From Eledone cirrhosa (taxonomy: Eukaryota), in assembly GCA_964016885.1 (NCBI GenBank), contig OZ024743.1, positions 248,310,001 through 248,374,000 on the forward strand: DNA of 64,000 bases, in the 5' to 3' direction. The notes under the pieces were generated by a model. It made no database searches. It was given only the letters and a program-made list of their open reading frames with translations, and was not told the DNA's origin. The translations under genes and the position numbers were made by a program. The stretch's first letter is position 1. Every line of letters starts with the position of its first letter. Of this stretch, positions 13,070-24,918 are shown in pieces.

Positions 13070-13838
13070 AAGAGCCGGCGCTACCATTAAAGCAAACTAG
13101 GCAGTTGCCTAGGGCTCAAACTTCACAGTGGTACACTATTGAACTTTAATGGCGCAGTTTTATACAAATTATATAATTTGATATAGTGAAGGCGTGTGGC
13201 TTTGTGGTTAGGGTATTCGGCTCACAATCGTAAGGCCGTGAGTTCGATTCCTGGTGGGGCTTTGTGTCCTTGCCCAAGACACTTTATTTCACGTTGCTCC
13301 AGTCTTCTTAGCTGGCAAAAATGAGTTGTACCTGTAATTCAAAGGGCCAGCCTTGTCACATTATGTGTCACGCTGAATCTCCTTGAGAATTACCTTAAAG
13401 GTACGTGTGATTGTGGAATGCTCAGCCACTTGCACGTTGATTTCACGAGCAGGCTGTTCTGTTGATCGGATTAACAGGAATACTCATCGTCGTAACCGAC
13501 GGAGTGTCCCTACATATAATTTAATTAAATATATAATAATTTATTGCGATTAATAAAAATATAAGTATATCATTAAACATTTTTGTCTCGTAAGAGCGTT
13601 GTGGAAATATAGAAAATGGTGGAGATTTGGCGTAGTTGAGCGTGGACTGTGTAGTTGAAAATGCAGGTTTAGTAATTTTCTTTGTGTGGACAGAACAAGA
13701 AGTGTCACAAACTCTACGTCAACTACCAAACTCTAAGTTGAAATTATTTTATTTGGGAGAATAGGGCGCATAATTTGGAAAAGGGGATGCACATTGTAGG
13801 GCTAGCCGTGAGCACTAAATATCCAGGCGTCGACCCTA
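13070..13838 (+). mobile_element. hAT-type MITE with a nested SINE
   Basis: Ends AGAGCCGGCGC / GCGTCGACCCTA; TSD GACACAAG / GTCACAAG (7 of 8 match). Related copies at ~16906-17300 (+) and ~27855-28170 (-). Confidence 0.8.
13186..13509 (+). mobile_element. Near full-length tRNA-headed SINE, family B
   Basis: A box TGGCTTTGTGG, B box GAGTTCGATTCC, then GTGTCCTTGCCCAAGACACTTTATTTCACG. Other copies at ~25603 (+), ~32242 (+), ~37020 (+), ~39641 (-), ~50850 (-). Confidence 0.85.
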
Positions 13839-13934
13839 GTCACAAGTTTGGTTTAAAAGTTGAGACGCAAAATCTCGCATCGTTGTATATTAATATCTAC
13901 CTGCGTATATAAATATCTGTTTGTGTATTTAATT

Positions 13935-13987
13935 TGGTGTGTGTCTGTATGTATGTATATAAGTATGTATGTATGTATGTATGTATG

Positions 13988-14021
<34 letters not shown>

Positions 14022-14315
14022 TGTATGTATGTATGTATGTATGTATGTATGTATGTATGTATGTGAGTGTGAGTGCGTATATATGTATGCATGTATTTAT
14101 GAGTATGAGTGTGTATATATATATTTATGTATGTATGAATATGTGTGTTTGTATATATGCGCGTGTGTATATATGTATGCATGTATGTGTGTGTGTATGT
14201 ATTATGTATGTACGTATGCATGTATGTGTGTATGTATGTATGCGTATATGTATTAGTATGTATGTATATATTTATGTACGTATGTATGTATATGTGCGTG
14301 TGTATGTATGTGTGC
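13935..14315. repeat. (TATG)n/(TG)n microsatellite
   Basis: Direct reading. Confidence 0.95.
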
Positions 14316-15668
14316 TATAAGTAATGCTGGCTTGCCATGACTAAAAAGAAAAATGAATGAATATAATGATGATAAAAACGATAAGTTTGGTTAACTAAAC
14401 TATATAGGTGTGTTGATGCTAGTTACCATGAGTGAGAAAAGAATTGAGGAAAGTTTATATGCGAGCTAGTTTGCGCAGCCTACTGCTAAATTGGTAAATT
14501 GACAGAAGAACGGCAACTTTGGCGTATATGGATAGCCTCAGCACGCAGCTTATATGAAAGTTGATACAAGAAACTATCTTGCTGGCTGCTCTCAACCATA
14601 TATGGACAGTTTCGGGCATCGTTAACCATACGGCACATCATATTTTGGTCAAATTTGGAAAAGGCGGAACACAAATAAGAAAACAGTACGTTAAATTAAG
14701 TAGGTGAGGCAAGAAACGTCAGGGGCATGGCAATGTAATAAAGCGAGCGCCAAAGACATTAATAATGGCCTAGAGGTCAACTGGTTTTAATAAGCAGTTT
14801 GAAGTTTTTTTTGTTGAGTGGGGTGGTGGGTATTCACAGGAGATAAACATGAGATACGCCCCACTCCATTTCATTTGAAATTATCTTAAATTACTTAAAA
14901 GCAACAGTATCCATCTATCTACCAACTTCACCACCACCCCTCAGCTTACCCTCCCCATCCTAAATGTAGCACAGGTTAACGTTCTGTTGTTTTGGAATGA
15001 GATTCATTTGATGTTGAGGGCTTCTACACCGTGTAACTAGTCGAACTGAAGCTGGGAATCTCTGCTTATTGCTTTATTTAAATTATTTATTTGTTCGTTT
15101 CTCTTTTCTCTTTGTTCTTTCAACATCTTACAATTTTTAAGTTGTCAGTATCCGGTTGTTATTGAAATTCAGTTTGCATATATTTTCTGATTGTTTACGT
15201 TAGTTTTAATTTAAAAAAAAGACAACAACAAAAAGACACAAACAAAACCCAAAGTTTTTCACTACATACATAATATATTTATTGTGTTATTTAAGCCAAG
15301 AATTAATCGTTAAATCAATGGATTATCTGTGATGCTTTATCTCGAAGAGTTAACGTAAAGGAACAAGGAGAATCAATCCGCTACACAAATACCAAACTTT
15401 AAATCTGTGATATGAAACCTTTCGTTTTTATTTAATATTTTTTTTTTACCTGTGATCATCCTCTTTTATGATAGTGTTGTGGGGGTTTCATTACAAAAGA
15501 AACATCCATCTTTTATCAAATGTTTTTGTTAACAATATCTTTATTCGATATTGCAACCGAATATCTGATTCAGAATACTACGTTCGATCACAAGGCGCCA
15601 TCTGATCCCACCCTGGCATCTTTTATCACATATAATTACATTGCAAACTCCTCTGGGTATTGTACCTT

Positions 15669-15776
15669 ATGACCATGATTACTCGGAGACGGAGTCGGCT
15701 GCTATCTGCCTCTGCCTGTCCTAGTACCTCAGTCACAGACAAAACCAATCCCTCAATTAAAACCAAAGATATTAAG
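15669..15776 (+). CDS. Candidate first coding exon of the zinc-finger gene (MTMITRRRSRLLSASACPSTSVTDKTNPSIKTKDIK)
   Basis: Non-repetitive sequence, ATG in ACCATG context, 36 open codons ending at a consensus AAG|GTAAGT donor in phase 0, matching the phase-0 acceptor at 58265. The linkage is inferred. Confidence 0.45.
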
Positions 15777-16416
15777 GTAAGTCTGTGACCCACTCACTAG
15801 CAAGTATTCAAAATTTCACTTCAGTTCTTTGTGTTTTTAATCCACTTTTCTAAGCAAATATTTATTTTAACACAATGTTTATTCATTACTGTTCAATATC
15901 CCTTAAATTCAATTTAATCAAATTAAGTTAAACATTTTAGAAACTATGAAATTAATCCAGAATTTATGGAAAAGTGAAAGTTTAAAAAGAAATTGAAGTG
16001 TGTGCCTGTGTGTATGCTTTCACAAAGTTTTTGGATCGAGTATATATTTATTTCCTTCATACCACACTGATACAGTTCAGCATCTTTATTATTTTGTAAG
16101 GTTTTAGTGTGAAACATTCTCGAATATTTTAGAACAATATCGGAGGAAAGTTTCAAGGAAAAAAAGTTTTTTTTTAAATTGTTTATTTTTGCCCCAACCT
16201 TTCGCAATGGTATACTACCAAACCGATAGAAGGATAGAACGATACAACGATACATCTGTTTCTCTTCGTTCCTCCTCAGAAATCCTCCTGCAACATCACG
16301 CTGATAGGAACCAACCACATGGTCTATATTTACATCAGTTCAAAATAAGGTCAAATAGAGAGAAGGGAGAAATATATAGAGAGATAGATAGATGTAGATA
16401 TACGCATACACACACA

Positions 16417-16496
<80 letters not shown>

Positions 16497-17443
16497 TACA
16501 CACATATATATATGTATAAATACATATACACACGGTCAGACAGAGAGAGAGAGACAGAGAGAGGGGATGAGAGAGAAAGAGAGAGTAGTAAGATTGGGAA
16601 GAAATAACTGCGCATCATCTGCGTGTGCGCGCAGACAAACATACACAGAGAGAGAAAGAGGATAAGAGAATGAATGCATTCTCTCAGTCACTCTTATCGC
16701 TATTTCTCTCTCACCATTCCCTTGCCATTCCCCCCCCCCCTCTGTCTGTACCCATCCTATTTGGCGTTATATATTATCTCACTTTAAAGAAAAGAGGAAT
16801 TGAATTTCACCTTTTCTTCATTGCCATCAGTAGAAACTCTTGCCATTCACCTGGAATTGTACGCGTAACAACACCAGTTCTTTAACTGAAGGGATTTTCT
16901 ACCAGCAGAACCGGCGCTATCATTAAGTCCAACTAGGCAACTGCCTAGGATCAAACCTCAGAGTGGGACATTATTGGACCTAAGAGTTCCAAAGTTTTAT
17001 ACAAATGTGTATAATTTAATCAAACTTATAATAACCCCCTGCGATCAATAAAGAAATCGCTAAACATCTTTGCCGCGCATCAGCGTTGTGGAAATATCCA
17101 AAGCGGTGGAGCGGGTTGTATAGTGTTATGACCTGTAACATGATTTAGCATGGTTGAGTGTGGACTGTGAAGTGGAAAATGCAGGCATAGTAATTTTCTT
17201 AGTGTGGTCAGAGAAAGCAGTGTCAAAAACTAGGTTTGTCAGCTTACTAAAGTTGAAAGTATTTTATTTGGGAGAATGGGGTGTAAAACTGGGAGGAGGA
17301 GTGCCAGCTCTGTCTACCCGATTCCCCAACAATAAAATAGAATCATTTTAAGACTGTTTATACTCATTAAACAAACTGGTTCTTTTATCTGAAACAGTTT
17401 TAAGAATGCTCAATACTATCACGGAAACTATTGCTGTATTAAT

Positions 17444-17694
17444 AAGGGGCGATGGAAAGGTTGGGGGCGGGGGGATACCCCCCCTCCCAATAATTATATT
17501 TTTCTCCCCAAATTACCAAAATACATATCTATTTATATATGCGCTATAATTTATGTACATGTTATGTTTATCGCATATCGAAGTTTTTTTTATCTCATGG
17601 TTGATATTTGATAACAGCTAAACTAATCACTACAACGAAATTGACCAAACTTGACCCCCCCCCCCCCCATTCAGAAATGCTTCCAACGCCCTTG
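17444..17694 (-). mobile_element. MITE, CAGGGGCGGTGGAA family
   Basis: Same interior as 7534-7809 (AAAACTTCGATATGCGATAAAC on the minus strand); TSD TTAAT / GTAAT. Confidence 0.8.
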
Positions 17695-17715
17695 GTAATA
17701 TATAATCAAAATAAT

Positions 17716-17930
17716 TGTTTCTTATATAGGGACAAGGCCAGTAATTTGGGGAAGGGGAAGTCGATTAAATCGACCCCAGTACATTACTGGTGCTTTATTT
17801 TATCGATCCCGTAAGGATGAAAGGCAAAGTTAACCTCGGCGAGATTTGAACTCAGACCGTAGAGGGCCATAACTCTATGCTGGAGAGTTTGACGTCCGAC
17901 CCTCTACCGATACTGCCAATCCACCGCCCT
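17716..17930 (-). mobile_element. Full-length SINE family A with 17-bp TSD
   Basis: TSD TATATAATCAAAATAAT at 17699-17715 and 17931-17947. Confidence 0.88.
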
Positions 17931-18042
17931 TATATAATCAAAATAATAACAGATGATATACTCATTAACTACTTCACCTCGTCTTATTCTTTGATTGTTT
18001 AACATTATATAAAAGACAATATATGAAACCATAAACACACAC

Positions 18043-18186
18043 ATTAACAATTTGACTTAACTCCGTGACTACCAGCTGTTTCAAAACGAAAACATATCTA
18101 AATCATGATCAGGACCCGATGATTTAGTTGGACGTGTTTTCGCATTGAAATCGCTGGAAGTTCAGGAATTGAGTCAAATTGTTAAT
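18043..18186. repeat. Imperfect ~70-bp-arm inverted repeat
   Basis: ATTAACAATTTGACT...TAAATCAT pairs with ATGATTTA...AGTCAAATTGTTAAT. Confidence 0.75.
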
Positions 18187-18253
18187 ATACTGTAGATACT
18201 ACTCAACTTTCACATAATGTGTTGAGTACTCTTTTCTTTCGTTTGCACCCACT

Positions 18254-18317
<64 letters not shown>

Positions 18318-18462
18318 AAAAAAAGGAAAAGAATGACTTTACTTGTAGTGGTAAAACATTTTTGATTTAATTTTATAATATTATAATATGAGTTGGTTGA
18401 TCCAGTAAGTTCTTTGTTAACTTCGGTGGGAAGAATTTTAAAGATACCTGGTTAACTTGGGT

Positions 18463-18557
18463 TGGAGAACTTTCTCGCATTCGTCTGTCTGTGGCGATTG
18501 TCAAACTGGGATCTCAGTTTGACAATCGCCACAGACAGACGCATACAAGAAAGTTCT

Positions 18558-18560
<3 letters not shown>
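18463..18560. repeat. 98-bp spacerless palindrome abutting (TA)n
   Basis: 49-bp arms centred on GA|TC with 4 mismatches; both strands translate to [12 protein letters not shown]. Confidence 0.92.
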
Positions 18561-18615
<55 letters not shown>

Positions 18616-18616
18616 G

Positions 18617-18647
<31 letters not shown>

Positions 18648-18905
18648 ATATATATATATATAATAAGGAGTTGATGGCCAGCATATTTATCAATGCCAGG
18701 ACCGGTTGTATCTCAGCGTACTCAATAGGTAATATAGGATACATTCCCAGAGTATAAATATATATATATAAGTATAAATAAATATAACTAAATGTATGTA
18801 TGTATGTATGTATGTATGTATGTATGTATGTATGTATGTATGTATGTATGTATGTATGTATGTATATATATGTATGTATATATGTATGTATATGTATGTA
18901 TATAT

Positions 18906-19325
18906 GACCCCTCCGGGAGAGATAACCCCTTAGCCTTTGTCAAGGCAGAATTCTAGGAGAAGGAAAACTCTGATATAACACCTGCAACCCTGATGGTATC
19001 CAATGATGTTGACTTGTTCTTCTTTTTGGTAAATATCATCTTGGTTAAGAGAGTGGGACTGGCTTTGTGCAGTGCCTTTGCTCACTATAAAAGCTTTACG
19101 GCACAGGCATTGCTTTATATCTGGAGATCTCTCTGCACTTGTCGTTACATGGTACCATGGGCCCAGCACTATGTGTCAACAATTGTCACAAGTGTAGTGT
19201 TTGTACCAGAGTTTTCAAGTCGCTGGCTGGACTAAAAAGTCACACTCGTTCAGCGCATTGGTAGGGGTTCTCCTACATGGATATAAAGTAGTGGCCGTAC
19301 TCGAAAACGAGTTGGCAGCCACCAT
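18906..19325 (+). mobile_element. ~420-bp non-autonomous RTE-derived element, copy 2
   Basis: See copy 1. Mini-ORF 19157-19264 [35 protein letters not shown]. Microsatellite on both sides. Confidence 0.75.
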
Positions 19326-19426
19326 GTATATATATATGTATGCATATATATATATATATATATATAGAAAATAGCATATATTTTATCTTGTGATTCTATA
19401 GACATGTTTTATGATATATATATATG

Positions 19427-19457
<31 letters not shown>

Positions 19458-19502
19458 GTATATATATGTATGTATATATATATATATGTATATATATGTA
19501 TG

Positions 19503-19533
<31 letters not shown>

Positions 19534-19593
19534 TATGTTGATTTAAAACTGCACTGTCCACAGGTGTTTTTTAGCCTTCATATCATGTTCTCC

Positions 19594-19664
19594 TGTTTTA
19601 TCTGATGAAAACACAAATATTATTGCATGATGATGTTTGTTTTTGAAATGCGCATAATAAAATA
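19594..19664 (+). ncRNA. Minimal type I hammerhead ribozyme (PLE-type)
   Basis: tgttttat CTGATGA [16-bp stem II, one mismatch, GCAT loop] GAAA tgcgca TA ataaaata. 8-bp stem I, palindromic stem III ATGCGCAT, AUA triplet. Confidence 0.8.
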
Positions 19665-19799
19665 CATGGAACTCCTTTAACCATCTTTTGATCTTATATA
19701 ACCCATGCTAGCGTGGAAGATGGACGTTAAACGATGATGATGATGATGATGATATATACATATATATATACATATATATATACATATATATATACATAC

Positions 19800-19830
<31 letters not shown>

Positions 19831-19853
19831 CATACATATATATACATATATAC

Positions 19854-19886
<33 letters not shown>

Positions 19887-19893
19887 CATATAT

Positions 19894-20858
19894 AGGGCGA
19901 AGAGGCCGTCGTCTCGGTATAAACCTCCAGTAAGGCCGGTAAAGAGGTTCTTCAGGTTATGTAGGATGTACAGGCCCACAAGGTCGCTAATTTCAGCCGA
20001 GTCACTCGCCCCCATGCTAACGTCAAATGGGGTCTGAGATTTCTAGTTGATCCAGTAAGATCCATCGTGGTATAGAAAGGTCTTACGAGCGTGGAGGATA
20101 ATAACTTGCTCGGCATCGGTAATGGTGGTAAAATTCCTGGCAAAGTTAATTGCGTCCTTCAGGAGGGGCTCCGAGATAGAGGCATAGTAATTTTCTATGT
20201 CGAGTTGCAGGAAGCGAGTGTGGTGTTTATCGGGTAATTCCTGGAACCATGATATTGCCTCAGATGTTCTACTCCAGAGTGGAAGTGGTGAGGCCGCCCG
20301 CAATAATGGTAGAACTCTATCCAGGATCTTCTTACTGATAGAGCCGATGTCAGAACGAGTGGGGTTGATAAGTCTGACTGATGGTTTGTTGAGGAAGTTT
20401 CCCTTATGGTCCTTCAGGGTAAAGTGCGGGGTCTTTACCCTTAAAGGTTCGGTTCGGTCATGTAATTTAAGGGACTTGGCGATTTCTTTTCCGGCCGCGT
20501 TTGTCTCAGTCAGCGCCCTCTCTATTACCTTTTTGTAGGTGGTCGTGATGGTATTTTTTGCCAGCTTATTGTAGGTCTGTGGGTCTACCTCATAAACGTT
20601 TTTGGTTTTATCGGAGGAGACATAAAGATTAGGGGATTTTTTTATATTCCGTCATTCGGCATTTAAGTAGGCCTGGAATGGTGTGGTGGCTCTACGGAAT
20701 TTAATATCCTTGATCATCTTGAAGAGGTCTTCCTCAAATGGTTGGAGTAGGCTGTTGGTGGGTGGTGTCTTATTTGTTTTGAAGCCGAACTTCTCATCAT
20801 TGGTAGATGCTACATCAGGGTTGTCGAGGAAGAAGGCCCTCCATCTAATTCGCTTGAC
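19894..20858 (-). mobile_element. Penelope-like element RT fragment (left, minus strand; two stops)
   Basis: [74 protein letters not shown]-type RT; resemblance to the Hydra clade is my recollection. Confidence 0.85.
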
Positions 20859-21468
20859 TTTACCCTGAAGGACCATAAGGGAAACTTCCTCAACAAACCA
20901 TCAGTCAGACTTATCAACCCCACTCGTTCTGACATCGGCTCTATCAGTAAGAAGATCCTGGATAGAGTTCTACCATTATTGCGGGCGGCCTCACCACTTC
21001 CACTCTGGAGTAGAACATCTGAGGCAATATCATGGTTCCAGGAATTACCCGATAAACACCACACTCGCTTCCTGCAATTCGACATAGAAAACTACTATGC
21101 CTCTATCTCGGAGCCCCTCCTGAAGGACGCAATTAACTTTGCCAGGAATTTTACCACCATTACCGATGCCGAGCAAGTTATTATCCTCCACGCTCGTAAG
21201 ACCTTTCTATACCACGATGGATCTTACTGGATCAACAAGAAATCTCAGACCCCATTTGACGTTAGCATGGGGGCGAGTGACTCGGCTGAAATTAGCGACC
21301 TTGTGGGCCTGTACATCCTACATAACCTGAAGAACCTCTTTACCGGCCTTACTGGAGGTTTATACCGAGACGACGGCCTCTTCGCCCTGCATAAGGTTAG
21401 CCCCAGAACCACCGATGGGTTTCGGAAAAACTTAAGCTCTTTCTTCTCTAATCTAGGATTTAGTATAA
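20857..21468 (+). mobile_element. Penelope-like element RT fragment (right, inverted copy, open frame)
   Basis: 20857-21388 is the reverse complement of 19894-20425 with about 3 mismatches. It continues [27 protein letters not shown] and ends in (TA)n. Confidence 0.85.
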
Positions 21469-21512
21469 CTATATATACATATATATATATATACACATAT
21501 ATATATATATAC

Positions 21513-21543
<31 letters not shown>

Positions 21544-21558
21544 CATATATATATACAC

Positions 21559-21610
<52 letters not shown>

Positions 21611-21629
21611 GTATATATATATATATGTG

Positions 21630-21660
<31 letters not shown>

Positions 21661-21682
21661 GTATATATGTATATATATGTAT

Positions 21683-21718
<36 letters not shown>

Positions 21719-21754
21719 GTATGTATATATATATGTATATATATATATGTATAT

Positions 21755-22050
21755 ATCATCATCATCATCATCATCATCGTTTAACGTCCATCTTCCACGC
21801 TAGCATGGGTTAGACGGGTTGTCCCACTTGAGGCACGGCTGGTCGGTTGACAGTGTCTCGCTCATATAGGACTATCTGGCAGGTTTTCTACGGCTGGATG
21901 ACCTTCCTAACACCAACCACATTTACAGTGTGGAACTGGGAACTTTCTACCGTGTTACCTACATGACCACATTACAGCGTGGACTGTGTGTGTTTTTTGT
22001 CGTGACACCTACACGATCTCGATCTCATTTTCTCGTGCTGTTGGTGGGAG
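21755..22050 (-). mobile_element. RTE-related SINE-like element with (GAT)n tail
   Basis: Minus strand GTGGTTGGTGTTAGGAAGGTCATCCAGCCGTAGAAAACC ... CCCATGCTAGCGTGGAAGATGGACGTTAAAC(GAT)n. Confidence 0.65.
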
Positions 22051-22107
22051 TGGGAGGATAGGGTAGGGGTAGTGGATTGGGGTGTATATTTGGTTAAGAG
22101 GTACCTA

Positions 22108-22108
22108 C

Positions 22109-22163
<55 letters not shown>

Positions 22164-22404
22164 ATATATATACTATATATATATATATATATACTATATA
22201 TATATATATATATACTATATATATATATATATATACTATATATATATATATATATACTATATATATATATATACTATATATATATATATATATATATACT
22301 ATATATATATATGTATATATATATATACATACACATATGTATATATATATATACATATATATACATACACACATATATATATATATATATACATACATAT
22401 ATAT

Positions 22405-22440
<36 letters not shown>

Positions 22441-22445
22441 GTGTG

Positions 22446-22490
<45 letters not shown>

Positions 22491-22626
22491 ATATATATGT
22501 ATGTATATATATATATGTGTGTATGTATATATATGTATATATATATATATACATATGTGTATGTATATATATATATATACATATATATAGTATATATATA
22601 TATATATATACTATATATATATATAC

Positions 22627-22660
<34 letters not shown>

Positions 22661-22806
22661 TACACATATGTATATATATATATACATATATATACATACA
22701 CATATGTATATATATATACATATATATACATACACACATATATATATATATATATACATACATATATATACACACACACATATATATATATATATATATG
22801 TGTGTC

Positions 22807-22892
<86 letters not shown>
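22108..22892. repeat. Compound (TA)n microsatellite
   Basis: Direct reading. Confidence 0.97.
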
Positions 22893-22895
<3 letters not shown>

Positions 22896-22960
22896 CAAAA
22901 TGTTAATAAATGAAAAATATCCTCATAATTCTCAAAATATTCTCATATTCTCAAAATATA

Positions 22961-23023
22961 TATTTTATCATACATATTTCAAAGGTATAATGGTGTTTAA
23001 GTACGTTTTCATCAGACGAAATA
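22961..23023 (-). ncRNA. Decayed hammerhead motif, same family as the 52.6-52.9 kb pair
   Basis: tatttcgt CTGATGA aaacgta..taccttt GAAA tatgta TG ataaaata. Triplet is AUG (non-cleavable). Downstream GATATTTTTCATTTATTAAC resembles GATAGTTTCCATTTATTAAT at 52919. Confidence 0.55.
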
Positions 23024-23149
23024 TGATTTGATATGTGACATACCGCTATGGCTTTGATTATTCAATTCCAGCATTGGCAGTGATTTATTTCATCAAATCT
23101 CAACGTTTTTATCCCACAAATAACCAACTTATAATAATAATGATTTCTT

Positions 23150-23590
23150 TAATAATAATAATTGTTTCTACTTTTGGCTGGTACTTTATTTTATCGGCCC
23201 CGTAAGGATGAAAGGCAAAGTTAACCTCGGCGGGATTTGAACTCAGATCGTAAAGGGACGTAACTATGCTGGAAAGCATGGCGTCTGACTCTCTACCGAT
23301 ACTGCCAATCCACCGCTATTCTTTAATAATTGTTTCTACTTTAGGCACAAGGCCAGCAATTACCTAGTACATTACTGGTACTTTATTTTATCGACCCCGT
23401 AAGGATGAAAGGTAACCTCGGCGGGATTTGAGGTTAACTTTGTCTTTCATCCTTATTCTTTAATAATAATAATTGTTTCTACTTTTGGCACAAAGCCAGC
23501 AATTATCTCAGTGTATTACTGGTACTTTATTTTATCGACCCCGTAAGGATGAAAGACAAAGTTAACCTCGGCGGGATTTTTAATAATAAT
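23150..23590 (-). mobile_element. Tandem cluster of SINE family A copies and fragments with (AAT)n
   Basis: Three repeats of TGGTACTTTATTTTATCG(A/G)CCCCGTAAGGATGAAAG plus a short internal inversion. Confidence 0.8.
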
Positions 23591-23794
23591 AATGAGTAGG
23601 AATGAGGTGTCAAAGAATCATCGTTATATCTATTCACGTGTGACGCATATTTCACGATTGATTATGAGGATGTATTATGGAACTTCACTCATTACATCGA
23701 GTGCTCAAGCCGATGAATCAATAGTAACGGAAAGTTACAAGCCATTAAAATAAAAGCTCTTATACAAGTCGACTGCTTACCTAGAACACCATGG

Positions 23795-24013
23795 TGACAT
23801 GCTCACCGACATCCAGAGTTGACATTGCACTCAGTGCTCCTGTGGGAGCCCCTACATGGACACACTGGAAGAGGAAGACCAAGGTTAACGTATGTTGATG
23901 CTCTAAGGACAGACACTGGTCTGTTGGAGACGCAGGACATGGCAGCGATAATGAGGGACAGAGACCGCTGGAGAGAACTCGTCCATGGATCTCGGGAATT
24001 TTACCCGCCCTAA
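23795..24013 (+). mobile_element. RTE-like LINE 3' end
   Basis: HAHRHPELTLHSVLLWEPLHGHTGRGRPRLTYVDALRTDTG..DRDRWRELV*, then (TA)n. Confidence 0.8.
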
Positions 24014-24511
24014 GGATATATATATATAAAATAAGGATGGAATATACATATATATATAGACCAGGGTTATACCAGTTTTAAACTAGTAAGGCTATTATTC
24101 AGCAGAGTATTGATACTTAGATAGTAGAATGTAAATGTATTAGAGAGTCAGGCCCTGACTCATATATACATACATGTACAAACATGTACATACATACAAA
24201 CACACAAACACATACACACCCATACGCACACATACATACACATATATATATATACATACAAACATACATTGATGCATACATATATACATACACACACACG
24301 CAAATACATACATATACACAAAATTAAATACACAAACACATACATATTTACATACGCAGGTATGTTAACATTACATTTTAATGTACAACGATACAGTGTT
24401 GTGAGATGTTGCGTCTCTGTAAATAAATCAAAGTTTTGGTCTAAATTGTGACTTGAGCTGGTGATTGGACATTTAGCGCCCTAGGCTGGCCAAATTAGTA
24501 AGCTTGCATTT

Positions 24512-24918
24512 TCTACTATAGACACATACACACACATATATATATAGAGAGATCAGGATTAGTCCACACTCATCTATGTTAAGCCAAGTGACAAGTTATA
24601 ACACAATATGACCCTTTGCACCATTTTCGATATTTCCATAACGCTGATACGGGACAAAGCTGTTTAGCGATATATCTATTGGTCACAAGAAATTATTATA
24701 TATTTAATTAACGTTAGATTCTTTGCTTAAACTTTAATCTGTTATATATATATATATATATTAATATATATATATATTTGTGTACAGATATTTTTGCATA
24801 CACAATAACAAAATATAAAAAAACGTATTTATTTCACGAGGCTCGATAAGGATACATATATATCAAATATATAAGAACCCTAGAGCAAATCCCGAGCAAC
24901 GCCGGTCCATTCTGCTAG
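24512..24918 (+). mobile_element. Non-autonomous Helitron
   Basis: 5' TCTACTATA; 3' subterminal hairpin CCCGAGCAACGCCGG about 10 nt before CTAG, followed by T. Confidence 0.7.

Noticed and set aside
13186-13260. tRNA-like A/B-box sequences at many positions
   Set aside because: They are SINE heads followed by SINE bodies and do not form complete cloverleaves.
20652-20654. In-frame TGA in the PLE RT as possible selenocysteine, as reported for some Naiad PLEs
   Set aside because: Single TGA in a truncated copy that also has a TAG; no SECIS visible; more simply a nonsense mutation.
23150-23590. Regularly spaced direct repeats resembling a CRISPR array
   Set aside because: Tandem SINE fragments in eukaryotic DNA; no unique spacers or cas genes.
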